NCBI GenBank assembly: GCA_040285825.1
Contig: JAUPSS010000003.1
Coordinates: 1,116,001-1,180,000, forward strand
DNA from: Eukaryota sp. TZLM1-RC
Lineage: Eukaryota; Protista; Metamonada: BaSk clade
Length of the DNA stretch: 64,000 nt
Direction: 5' to 3'
Shown here piece after piece: positions 47,391 to 58,543 of this stretch. The notes beneath the pieces were generated by a model. That model had not been told where the DNA came from and did not search any database. It was given only the letters and a program-made list of their open reading frames with translations. The number at the start of each line of letters is the position of its first letter. Within the stretch, counting starts at the first letter, position 1. The translations under genes were made by a program, and so were the position numbers.

Positions 47391-49931
47391 ATGTTGCTGC
47401 TTATAGTCACATTACTGCTTTCTTTCAGCACCCCCTTACCTCTGTCAGACCTTCATTGGTGTGCTGATGTAGTCACTGATACTTCTGCTGCCGTTGCTGT
47501 TAATACTATACTGACCTCTGAATCTTATTATCTACGAGTTCGTGTTTGTCTCAACCACCAGTTCTCTCCTGACAGCTCATCACAAATCATCTCTGTTGGT
47601 AATACCCCTGTCTTGTCCATTCTCTCTGGTCACACAGGCGTTAACGTTACTTCTCCACATCCACTTCCTCCCACTTCTTCTACTAATATGGACACCCTTT
47701 ACTATCCGTTCACTACCCTTTTACCTCAGTCTGTCATGATTTACATATCGTCTCCCCCTTTCGCAGTCACTTCACTGCCCCAACCTGCTTACCTCAGATT
47801 TTCTATTAGTAGCATACACTTTAAGGATGGTGGTGTTGTTAGAACCAGGGTTCCCCTTCGCAGTGATTTTACTTTAAGTGAATTTAATAATTTCCCCCAT
47901 TGTGTAAACTCAATCCTCTCTACCATTTCGCTTTTCCCTTTCAGTGTTTCTTCCTCTGATCCTTTTTTAGGAGCAAGTACTGACGGTGATTTATTAAACT
48001 TGCAAGTATTTGATTTTGCTGATTTTTTTGATGAGTCTATTAATTCTTGTTTGTCGTTTGGGAATTTTCTGTTTATTGGTACTGAAAATGGAGTTTTAGC
48101 TTTTGATTTAATTGATTTTGATTATAGAGAACTTACTGCTCAGAAGCCATTGTCATTTTCCACCAATTTCAAGCAAGATTATATCTCGAGCTCAGAGTCA
48201 AGACCAGTCTTGTTAATTTTGACCGATGATTTTGAACTGATTGAGGTTGATCTGACCGCTAATTTGAGCTCTTTTTCTCTTAATTACCATTCAAGCTTTA
48301 ATTCTTTTATCTCATTAAATTTTGATGTTACGCCCTTGAATGTACTATCAGTTTTTTCTTTTGAAATTGAATTGAATATTGTTAATTATTTATTTGGATT
48401 TGAAAATGGAAATGCTGCCATTGTTGCAATCAATTTTGATAGCAATGATTACGTGATCAAACATGTTTTTGACTCCCCTCAATCAATCACGTCAGCAGTC
48501 ACCTATCAATCTGATTTGATTTGTTTTGGGAGTGGGGCCTTATATTCTTTGGACTTTGGACTCAACTTCCACGAATTAATTTTTGTTGAAGAAGAGGCCT
48601 TTGTTTCTCTTACTATTGGTAGAGATTTTGGAGTTATTGGAGTCACATCAAGGGGGTCAATATTCAAGGGAAGTCTGCCTAATTTTGACACTTTTGGTCG
48701 TCTTTTTGAGCTAAATGGAGTTGATACAGTTGACTATGCTTATGGTCGGCTTAGTGAAACTTATGATCTGTCCCTTTCTATTTTTGGAGACGGTCAACTA
48801 TCACATCATCACTTTCCCAAAGAGGAATTGGTTTCCTTTGCCGAAAACTGTGCTGATCAGTCTTTCATTTCTACCTCCTATGACAATGATCCATCAATTT
48901 TGATTGGTGATCCTTCAAGTTCTGATTACTGGCTTCCCAATGAAGTCTATCTCGGTCATGGTAAATGCTTTTCCTTCCATATGACGTCTTCGATTGTTGG
49001 ACTTGTTGGTCAACCAGTTAGAAACCCTTTTGACATTTTCGTCTTAAATTCTAATTATCTCTCAATTGATCTTTCACAATTTACTGATTTTTTGCTTGGT
49101 GTGGTAGGTTCCAAGGTCACAGTTTGTGATAATGCCGAAAAGAGATCAGTTGAAGGACCTGGCGAAAATTTGGCACTGTCACCAGTGAGAGTGACTGTTA
49201 AGGATCACTGTTTTCTCTGCAATCGAGCACAAGAAGATTTGATTCCTTCAAAAACTATTGATGTTTACACGGGTTGCCGTCCACATCAGTCAATCAAATA
49301 CGATCACAGTCAGATTTCAACCAGATTCACGTGTCCTGAAGGTCAAATCTGTGCACATTATGAGCTACCATTCATCAGCAGTTTTTACCATATAGATGAG
49401 ATTACTGGTTTGGAAATTTCCTTTCCTGGTGAAGTGTCCATTTCTGTGATTGGGGGCGGACCATCCACAGATTCGGTTGAACTTTGGAATGAAGAACAAA
49501 TTCGATTGTACAACTTGCCTTCATCCTCATCTGTTTATTACATTGCTAACATCACCAAAGACTATGATCCAGAGAGTGACATTTCCTTCATTCCAGCGTT
49601 GTTTTTTATGTGTTCTTCAGGCTCTCCTTGCTCTGGTCTGTTTCCTAAGAATTTGTTTGGCCATGCAGAGTTTGTTTTTAGAATAGAAGCATATAGTACA
49701 AATTCTAATTTTGGGGAGTTTTGTAGGCTTTCAACCACATTTGATTTAATTTTAATTGGTATACCGCTTGGATTAATGAACTCTATACTTGTTACCCTTG
49801 GTTTGGCCACTCTTTTAGTGGTAATTGTTTATTTTATTCATTTAAAACAACAATACAATAGGAAGAAGTTATTAAAAGATATCGATAATGGTATTGAGTT
49901 TGATAGTATAGAATCAAACAGTTTACAATAA
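47391..49931 (+). CDS. CatSper channel auxiliary subunit-like (gamma/beta-type) type I membrane protein
   Basis: Signal peptide; C-terminal VYTGC.P, D.ITG..F.G..VIGGGP..EEQI..YN, C...SPC..P..F..EFVF, FC.L...F....GIPL then TM. Confidence 0.7.
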   Translation: MLLLIVTLLLSFSTPLPLSDLHWCADVVTDTSAAVAVNTILTSESYYLRVRVCLNHQFSPDSSSQIISVGNTPVLSILSGHTGVNVTSPHPLPPTSSTNMDTLYYPFTTLLPQSVMIYISSPPFAVTSLPQPAYLRFSISSIHFKDGGVVRTRVPLRSDFTLSEFNNFPHCVNSILSTISLFPFSVSSSDPFLGASTDGDLLNLQVFDFADFFDESINSCLSFGNFLFIGTENGVLAFDLIDFDYRELTAQKPLSFSTNFKQDYISSSESRPVLLILTDDFELIEVDLTANLSSFSLNYHSSFNSFISLNFDVTPLNVLSVFSFEIELNIVNYLFGFENGNAAIVAINFDSNDYVIKHVFDSPQSITSAVTYQSDLICFGSGALYSLDFGLNFHELIFVEEEAFVSLTIGRDFGVIGVTSRGSIFKGSLPNFDTFGRLFELNGVDTVDYAYGRLSETYDLSLSIFGDGQLSHHHFPKEELVSFAENCADQSFISTSYDNDPSILIGDPSSSDYWLPNEVYLGHGKCFSFHMTSSIVGLVGQPVRNPFDIFVLNSNYLSIDLSQFTDFLLGVVGSKVTVCDNAEKRSVEGPGENLALSPVRVTVKDHCFLCNRAQEDLIPSKTIDVYTGCRPHQSIKYDHSQISTRFTCPEGQICAHYELPFISSFYHIDEITGLEISFPGEVSISVIGGGPSTDSVELWNEEQIRLYNLPSSSSVYYIANITKDYDPESDISFIPALFFMCSSGSPCSGLFPKNLFGHAEFVFRIEAYSTNSNFGEFCRLSTTFDLILIGIPLGLMNSILVTLGLATLLVVIVYFIHLKQQYNRKKLLKDIDNGIEFDSIESNSLQ

Positions 49932-50874
49932 ATTATTAAGTATAGATTGTTAAATATTGATCTTGATGAACAACAGCAGAACACAACGAAGATACTGTGT
50001 TACACAAGACTCAACATCACCAATGGCGAAAATCATAGTGATACAACTTAATAAGTGGTAAGAAGTTATAACTTGAGAGATAACACCGCGAACGCAACGT
50101 GACGGACGGGGAGTGTTCGTGGGAAAGGTACAATTGTTGAAATAAGAAGCCAACTCGGCCGACAAGACACAGAAGAGTAGAATCTTCCATAGCCAATCCA
50201 CAAGGGAGAGACTACACGTCAAGGAACTGTGTCTTGCCTCAAGTCGTCATCACTGGCCTTGGTGTTGTCTATTTTTGAAAAGACAAATGAACGAATGCCC
50301 TATAGAAATGATCCTGATAGAGTATAATCGTTCTGAGAACAAAAAGGCTATTGCTCTTCAAGAGATTTATATAATTTTTGTTTACGTAGTGCCGTGGAAA
50401 TTTTTTTACCATTAACAGAATTCTGTAAAAACTATTTCTCAACAATTGTTTCCACATCGTCCAAAAAAGTTGACCTAAATAAATGATGAATCTCAACATT
50501 GTAGACCAAATGCTTTATATTTGTGTCCTTAACACTAGTGTCCTCGATCTCACCACAATATGATTGCTACAGACTCATCAAAATCCCAATAGATCACCAC
50601 TGTTGTTCATTCAATTGTGAGAAGCTTCAGCAATGAAGCAAACAATTCAGGATTTTGGAGAGGAGCCCTTGGTTCAATGAATTTGAAGTGATGAAGTCCA
50701 TTAAAGCCACTGTTTGAAATTTGATATGCCTGAAGACAACCGTTTTTACCTAACTGCAAGTGACTGAAATCCTTCTAGCCGTCTGTCTTAATGTTATATC
50801 AAAAAACAAATACATTAAAGAATAAAGTGACCAATGATTAAATGTTTATAAACACGAGAAAAAAGCTAAACAAT

Positions 50875-52191
50875 TCAATTCCGCATCATTGTTCCTGGTT
50901 CATCCTCAAGAAACACATCCTGAGTAGACACAACTATACGCATAAACAAAGTATCGTCCCTCAACATTTGTTTAAGATTGGAAAATTGAATAAAACTTTC
51001 CCAGCCCCAATTGAGAGAGCTAGCATCATCAGAATCTTCAAAGCGATGGCCTACAGACTCATAGCCCCACAAACGGAGACCTGTGTTCGGATCAATTACC
51101 TTTATCTTGAAGCGAGTAAACCTAGACCACTGCCCATCTACTTCTCCATCGCTTCTCTCAGCATACAGGTAAACAGAGGTGTAGCCACGACTACCCTTAG
51201 GATAGAGAACTACCTGCCACTTTCGACCACATACATCTTCAAAGAATGGTGATTTCAATTGTTTGGCAGAAATGTGGGAGAAATTCGGAATGCTCCAGTC
51301 AAGACGAGCACCACAGGAGAATCTTGGGCAGGCAAACACACTAGACTTCTCACGTTCATCAGAGGAGTGGAGGGATAAAACTTCTTGAAGAAGTTCTTTT
51401 GGAAACAGTGGGGGCTTGTGTTGTTGGAGTGTGTGTAATTGTTCCAAGGATAACTGTTGCCACCTTATTGAGGTGTACAGAGATTGTGCTTCATCTGGAT
51501 GAAGATTATGATGAATGCAGTACCTGCCAACGGTTTGAGCAACTTGGAGTTCACTGACTGAGTATAAAACTTCACGATCAACCAAAGTTTTCAGCTGACT
51601 ATAAGAAAGAATGTTGAGGCAATTTGGGTCTTCCTGCACTATGAAACCAAAAGCTTCAGCAAGAATTGAAAGGCATCTCGCTTCAACAGAAGTGAGGTTA
51701 CAGGCGGCGGCGGCTTGTATATAACTTAGCGAACAATCAGTAGCCACAGAACGCTCCATATAGTCAGAACACTTTGTTATAAGAGGGGAAATTTGGAAAC
51801 GGGACGCTTCAAACAGGAGTGACATTACTGTTTCGGGGTGCAGCACAACATCTCCTGTGTACATGTACTTCAACAATTCGGGAAAGACTCCATTTGGATC
51901 ATCCCAAGAAAGAGGGATTTCCTTCTGAGATGATTCGCGCCAATTTCCACTGAAAAGGGCTCTGAAAAAATCAGATGAACTAGCAAGGATGATGCGGTGA
52001 AGGTGAAATCGCTCATTATTTACAACTAGAGTCACGTCAGAAAAATCACCCGAATCAAGATAGTGTCCAAAGTGGGCACCGTTAGGAAATGAACAACAGG
52101 GTTTACTAGTTTGGTTGGACATAAGCTCCAGTGAACTATCGTAGCCGTTGTGTATAACAAGACATCCTGGAGAACCAGATCGACCACCCAT
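50875..52191 (-). CDS. BTB-BACK-MATH protein
   Basis: SDVTLVV..HRIILASSSDFFRALF..W.ES, YMYTG; WSIPNFS..SPFF..WQVVLYPKG..NWGWESFI. Confidence 0.92.
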   Translation of the reverse strand: MGGRSGSPGCLVIHNGYDSSLELMSNQTSKPCCSFPNGAHFGHYLDSGDFSDVTLVVNNERFHLHRIILASSSDFFRALFSGNWRESSQKEIPLSWDDPNGVFPELLKYMYTGDVVLHPETVMSLLFEASRFQISPLITKCSDYMERSVATDCSLSYIQAAAACNLTSVEARCLSILAEAFGFIVQEDPNCLNILSYSQLKTLVDREVLYSVSELQVAQTVGRYCIHHNLHPDEAQSLYTSIRWQQLSLEQLHTLQQHKPPLFPKELLQEVLSLHSSDEREKSSVFACPRFSCGARLDWSIPNFSHISAKQLKSPFFEDVCGRKWQVVLYPKGSRGYTSVYLYAERSDGEVDGQWSRFTRFKIKVIDPNTGLRLWGYESVGHRFEDSDDASSLNWGWESFIQFSNLKQMLRDDTLFMRIVVSTQDVFLEDEPGTMMRN

Positions 52192-52327
52192 TTCAGATAT
52201 CTACTGTAAAGAGGTATCAGAACGGATGAACTTAAAGTAGTATCCTGTCATCTGACACATGAGATCAGGACAAATTGTCCTGATTTTGTCCTGATTTGTC
52301 AAGTGATTTGATTATCTTTTATCTGTT

Positions 52328-52489
52328 GTTTTCATTTGAAACGCATACTTTTTTCAAGCATCATTCAAACTTATTTCAAGAACTTTCATCCTTGGTGAGA
52401 TCGTCCACAGACGTTTTAGAATCCTCGAATAATTGGCCACCAATCTCAGTGAGCCCATTTCTCCTCTAGAACAATACGTAGCTTTGAAG
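52328..52489 (-). ncRNA. putative omega-RNA scaffold / right end, copy 2
   Basis: Near-identical to 25610-25760 with a short insertion; similarity stops at 52328. Confidence 0.68.
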
Positions 52490-54300
52490 CTAGTTTCTTT
52501 GTGTTCTCTGGAACGCTTCTGGTCATGTTCCATAGTAGTGCTCACTAATTGCAATTTCTAGCTGATTTAGTGATGTAGAAATGTCTCTAGACCAAACTTG
52601 ATTACATTCCGGACAACTGAAATAGGCGTTGTGAACTTTAACTTCGCCATCAACTTCTTGATAGATTTTTTGGTGTAGCATCTTGCAGCAGTTCACCTTT
52701 GCAGATGTCATGTATTGATCTCCGATCTTGACATTAGCAAATGAACATTGTAACAACTTGAGAAACGCCTTACGTGGTGTTTTCACTTTTTGACGTGATG
52801 TACCACCACTTCCATTGCCAAACCATGCCTTTACTTCTCGACCGTCTGCAAATTTTTTCGCTTTGTTGATAATTGAGCTGAATTTTTTCTGTTTTCTTAT
52901 AAAGAAGTCAAATGTGTTTCTCCTCAATGCTTTTCGAGCACTCAGATATAATTGCTGCTACAGCAATGATCGTCTTACGTTATTACCTTCATAGTCCTTA
53001 TAGTCACCGATAGTTGATATTTCAAGCAGATAATGGTTCAATTTCTGCACGTCATAAACATCTATTGATGAGTGGGTCAGTGAAGCGGAGTGATTGATTT
53101 TTCGTTGCTTTGGTACCAAGAAGATATTGGAAACGGTCGGCCCTGAACGTGTTCCAATGCTGGAACCACATAGATTTGAGTAGTTGGGGTCGATGGCCCA
53201 GAACACCATTTCCGTTTCGTCATCAGGTACCTGCCACTCAGTAGCTTTTGGTTTCTGGCGAGGTCTTGGCCGTTCAATCTTGGCTTGCAAGGTATGTTTT
53301 CTATTCCGAGTGGTTTCGTAATAATCAAGTTCCCCTCTGGATTTCTCTTCTGCCAGGGCTTCTCCAGACAATGTCACTTGTGTTGCTTTTGGGTGGTTTG
53401 TGAAAGTTATACGGACACCATCACCATTAGAAGACATGGTGTAGTCATTAGCTTTTGTTCCAAGAAATAAATAAGGGCTTTTCAAAATTGTTCGTGGTGT
53501 GTTTTTGGAGATAAAATGGTTGAGAACCTATGTGGAAAAGGGAACAAAATTAGGCCTTAAACTAGCCAGAGGGCTGAGTCTCTGTGTCTGAATGTATGCG
53601 GAAAGGCTTGCTCGAGGTGGTTTTGGATTGTTAATCTGGAACGAAAGATGTAGAAATTATTCCTTTGATTAAAAGTCACTCTTTGGGAAGGAAGAAGAGT
53701 GTTGTACCATTGCGGATCACCAACCAAGTAGTTAAATAGAGTGACAGCCAATGTATGTTGTGTGTTGAACCAAGAAAGAAGAGGTTCCCGAAAGTTCGTG
53801 TTGTTGTGAAGTACAGAACCAGTATAAGTGGCTGATGCAGGGCAGTTATGTCCAATTGCATACGAGCGAAAGAAGTTGAGCTTCCAAGACACAAGACCAT
53901 CAGCAACGAGCTGTCGGTAGTTGCCTTGCAGCTGGCGGCACTTTGCATCCACCAGTTGTTGGAGAGGCCTACTAGTGGGTAGCGCATGTTTACGACCTGT
54001 TGTTGAATAAGAACAAAGTAGCAAGCGGCCATGATGTAGAGATTCACTCGAGCTTCTCACACACATGACCTTTGCCAAGTCTGTTGAATGGATGTCTAAC
54101 TCTGGGCTCAAAGACCGCCACAAAGTCAAAACACTGAATCCAAAATTGATGCTGATTCAGGAAATGACTGTCTTCAGGGAAGCGCACAGCAAAAACTCTG
54201 GGTAGCAAGCTGCCATCTCTGTTCAGCTGTTCTATCAATGTAATCACACACTGGCCGCTCCAAGAACTGAAGAAGGGAGCAGGCATGTGTCCATGATTGC
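52490..54300 (-). pseudogene. Fanzor pseudogene, copy 2
   Basis: Sister of 23840-25609; RuvC-II E replaced by Q (GDQYMTS); shares two TAG stops. Confidence 0.88.
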
Positions 54301-54949
54301 ATAAACCTTACTGAAAACGGAAGGTGCACGGACAATCAGAAATGATTGATTTCTCAGTTTCAGTTACTTTTAAAAGTCAAAGCAGCTGTTCGTTTAATCA
54401 AGGGTGTTTGTAGATTCAATAAATTCGTAAAGTTTCACAACTTAATTCCTTTATTCTCTACAAACAAATTACCAAGGGAAGTCACAACACCCGTTTCTTC
54501 CTTCCTATTTCTTTCCCTCTTTGACGAAAAACCTTTTGCTCCTCGTTCAACTATATCTGAGTCCGCCAGTGATCTTGATGAAACTCTTGGCTTTTCTATT
54601 ATAAAGATTATAGGTTTTGTTTAGTGTGATCACACATTGACTATAAAACATTGAATCCCATAAAGTAGACTAACAAAAAAAAGTCTGTGAAGGCACTTAT
54701 GGCTATTCTTGAGTCTAAACTCGAGTCTATTGCAGATCGTCCATCCCAAGCTGTCCAACAACTTCTGCTGCACCCCCTGCTAGTCCTCCCTCTGGTGCTC
54801 CCCCACCTCCACTTTCTCTTCCTGCGTTTTAGAATCTCCTCAACTGTTTACATTCATGAGCTGTTGTTTTTGGCCTTCTTTGCATTCATTTTCTATCGTT
54901 TTGCCTGATTGTTGTTGCTGATTATGTCTATTTTTGAACGGTTGCAAAA

Positions 54950-55400
54950 CTAAAAACAAAATTTTTCCCTCCACCAAAAAAGAGCTTGACCGAAAATAGA
55001 CGGTTTAGTGAAATTAATACCACCAAAATTAGATGATAAAAATACATGACTTCGAATTAGTTCAGGATTGACATCAATCAAAGATGCAAAAAATTTTGTT
55101 CTCAAGTAATTAAATGAGCAGCAAAAATCACATGAAATACCAGGAGAAGTTTTTCTCAAAATGTGAGTAATTTTGATTTTACCTGAATAACAAATTTGTA
55201 AAGTAAACAACTCAATATGTTTCTCTATTTCCAAAGAAGAAATTGCATCAAGTTCAGAACCCGATTTTTAGAAAAGATTATTTAACGGAAATTTTGGGAA
55301 CATTTCCAGGCCAACAACCAAGGAAACGAAATTCATCTGAGGAATAGTTTCCAAAAGGAATTTCAACATTATCAATGGTTAACCTGGAATTTCGTTATTT
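54950..55400 (-). mobile_element. non-LTR RT thumb-region fragment
   Basis: FRFLGCW, IEKHI..ICYSGKI..THILR, RSHVF..FGGI.FTK. Confidence 0.8.
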
Positions 55401-56079
55401 ACCGCTTTGTTTGAAGAAATAGGTTTATTTAAAATATTAATGAATTATTTCTATGGACAATCATAGTGAACTCAGATGAGAATAGCAACTTTGAATATGC
55501 AACATCATTCATTGGGACATTAGTCGAAATGATGATGCTATTATGGATAATGAACAATTGCTTACTCCTGAAAGTCAATTGTATCTACATCGTAGAATAT
55601 TTATGGGAAGTTTTGGTGCAATTTGTTGATGAATCATTGGTTGCAAATTCACTATTTTGTCCAGTATTAATGCAAATTAAAACGAATTAATTAAACTACT
55701 CTTAATGATCATTTCAGAGATATAAGGCAGGAGAAGGAGAAACCATTTAACAGCACAACCTTTAAGCCTAATCAATTGTGAAGCATTGTGGAGACAAACA
55801 ACGATTGTGAAAACTACAAACACAACCATGCTTTGGGGCTGAGTTATATAATGACGTGAACTCTTTAGGCTGTGCAGTGTCTTCCTAACATGTTCTTAAC
55901 ATGGAAACCAACAACAACAGGTGAATTATTTGTTTATGAATTGTACCTGAAATAGTTATTAATCTCACTCATTGGAGCACATTCAGGTGGTGTTTGATAG
56001 GATATCCGTAAGCACTACGATGATCCATTTGGATGGTTAATGTTTAACAAATAACTCAAAACATCATTATTCAATTATT

Positions 56080-58410
56080 ATTTCTTTTAAAAGAGTTAAG
56101 TCATCCGCAATTAATTTTTTCCGTCCTTATCAGTTTGCTATTGGAAATTCTGATAGCACAACTTGTGCTGCGTTGTGTACAGATTTACTTTTCAATCAAA
56201 AAGGCGAGAATTATTTATTGAATATTGATTTTAAAAATGCTTTCAACTCGGTTTTTTTTAAAAAAAAACTGGAATATTTATTGAGATAAAAATAACTATC
56301 TAGAATTCAATATCCTCCAAACAAGCGTCACTATTACTGAACCTACTCACAGCATTACGTTCATATTCTACACCGATAGCTAAAAGTGCCTTTGAAATCA
56401 TTGTAGGAATAGACTTGAAAATGAAAAAAACAATTCTATTTAACCAGAAAGTGGAGTTCATTGTTTTACCAGAACTATTCAGTAACACTTTTTTAAAATT
56501 TTCCAAAAAGTGCAAGCCTGAAGGATTCGGTTTTTCGCTCAAGTATTTTACATGAACTTGAACTACATGGCTCCACTTTTGCCGTATTTTAAATTGATGT
56601 ATGGATCACCCTCTAACTTAATTTTCCATTCTGAGAATAATGTTTCGTCAAGAGGCGTCAAACAAGGGGATCCATTGGGTCCATTTTTCTTTTGCTTAGC
56701 ACTGCAATCAGTTTTGGTAAAATTTAAGTTGGATTTTCCTGACATTCATAAATGTGCTTATGCAGACGATTTATCACTTATCGGTCCTTTGTCTCTTTTG
56801 CAGCACGGATTACAACATTTCGTTATTCTGTCCAAACAAATAGGGTTAGATATTAAATTGCCCAAGTGTTTCATTATTGGTAATCAGAATGCTGAGGTAG
56901 CATTTAATGAAACTATTATCAAATACGTTGATTATGAGGAAGATGCGATTCGTTTTCTTGGCTCTTATTTTGGAAATTGTGAAAAGGTTAAATCGATTTT
57001 GACAGGTATTTTGGGAAAAATCGAAGAGCAACTTTTAGCTATTCAAGATCTAGAAATTGACAAACATTTAGCGTTTTCGGTCCTAAATGTGTGTTTTGGA
57101 TCAAAAATTAATCACCTTCTTCGTTCTTTATCCCCCACAATTTCTCATGATTTTGCACGTCAATTTAATACTTTGAGATCCAATTTTTTAGGTAATTTGG
57201 TGGAAATATGCCCATCAGAAATTCCTTATCATGCAATTTTTAGTCCTAAATTTGCTGGAGTTGGTTTTTCAAAAGCAGAGTATTTATGCAAAATTGCTTT
57301 TATTGGTGGTATGAAAAAATTTCTTTTTGAGTGGAAACTTCGTTTTGATCATATTACTTTGAATGAATCACATCTTTTATTAATTTCACTTGAACACATG
57401 GTGCAGGAACTACCTGTTGATGTGTGGAATAAGTGTTTTCCTTCAAGTTTGCCCTCTGTACCTTCGAGATCTTTTACCAATCTTCATCTTGCTGTTGTGA
57501 AATTACAGAAGTCTGTTCTAATTGGTTTTGAAGACCTGGATTTTTCTGAACGACTTAGTGTGACTAAGATTAATAATCTCGTCTTTGCTGCCTTTTTATC
57601 AGACATCCAGAACTGCACTAGTTTAATATCTCAGCAACCAAGGCCATTTGGTCTTCACTTAACAAATGAAGCATGGAAACAAAACATGCGGTTGAGATTG
57701 GGGCTGTATCCAAGTGGTCTTTTGGATAATTCTGTTTGTATTTGTAACGAAAAACCTACTACCAATTTCCGTCATATTGTGAGCTGTAAGAAATTTCTCC
57801 AATATAGGTCAGTTCTTCATAATGCCGTTCGTGATGTGACATATAAGATGTTCAAGTGTTACAATTTTAGTTGCAAAGTAGAACCATTGTTGAAGCATCA
57901 TAGTGATAATAATCTGTTTAATTCACGTCGAGGTGATTTAATTGCTCCTTTTGTGGATTCCTCTCAAGTTGTTGTTGATTTTACTACAGTTGATCCCTTT
58001 GCTTTTATTTATCGTGATGATGTTTTACTTAGTGCTAATGGTCATTTAAACAAGGCTGAAGACCGTAAAAGACATAAATATACTGAGATATTAAATGATT
58101 TAAATAAGAGTCTTTACTCGAAGTTTTCGTTTGTTCCTTTTGCCTTTTCGATTTTTGGCAACATTGGACAGTCCGCCTTTAATTTTATCAATGATTTGGT
58201 AATTTATGTCGTTCAAGTGGTAAGAATTTTGCTGGGTATTTATGGAAGAATCGTATCATTTTCGCTTTGTACTGAAGTGTTCCCAAGTACTTGAGTTTAA
58301 TGATGTCCAAGCTGTATAAGGATTCATCAAGAGTTGGCGTGGAGAATTTTGTTTCTTATGTGTTTTAGTTTGTTTTGTTATGTTTTGTTACTTTTTTTAA
58401 TAAATTTTAA
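56080..58410 (+). mobile_element. CRE-like non-LTR retrotransposon family C, 5'-truncated
   Basis: PYQFAIG, IDFKNAFNSV, RGVKQGDPLGP, YADD, CIC..HIVSC, HNAVRD, RRGDL..VDFTTVDP, AEDRKRHKY. Confidence 0.92.
56257..56526 (-). mobile_element. non-LTR 3' fragment (family D) nested antisense in element C
   Basis: FLENF..FWLNRIVF.IFK; TSD TCGGTTTTT 56248-56256/56527-56535. Confidence 0.85.
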
Positions 58411-58543
58411 CAATAATTAAAATGATTTATTGAATCATAATTTAAAACATCCAAACAAATTGGTCCTAATTAAAAGACGATAAACATTGAAAAAAATCAT
58501 TAAAAAAGATATAGTACAGATGATGATCCAAAATTGACCTTTT

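Larger units (their letters stand above)
52328..54846 (-). repeat. composite repeat copy 2 (WASHC3-like fragment + unknown fragment + Fanzor + omega-RNA)
   Basis: Inverted match to ~23118-25760 with an internal deletion of ~23610-23760. Confidence 0.85.

Noticed and set aside
49950-50780. Short minus-strand ORFs
   Set aside because: Stop-riddled with no recognisable motif; possibly a decayed gene but unsupported
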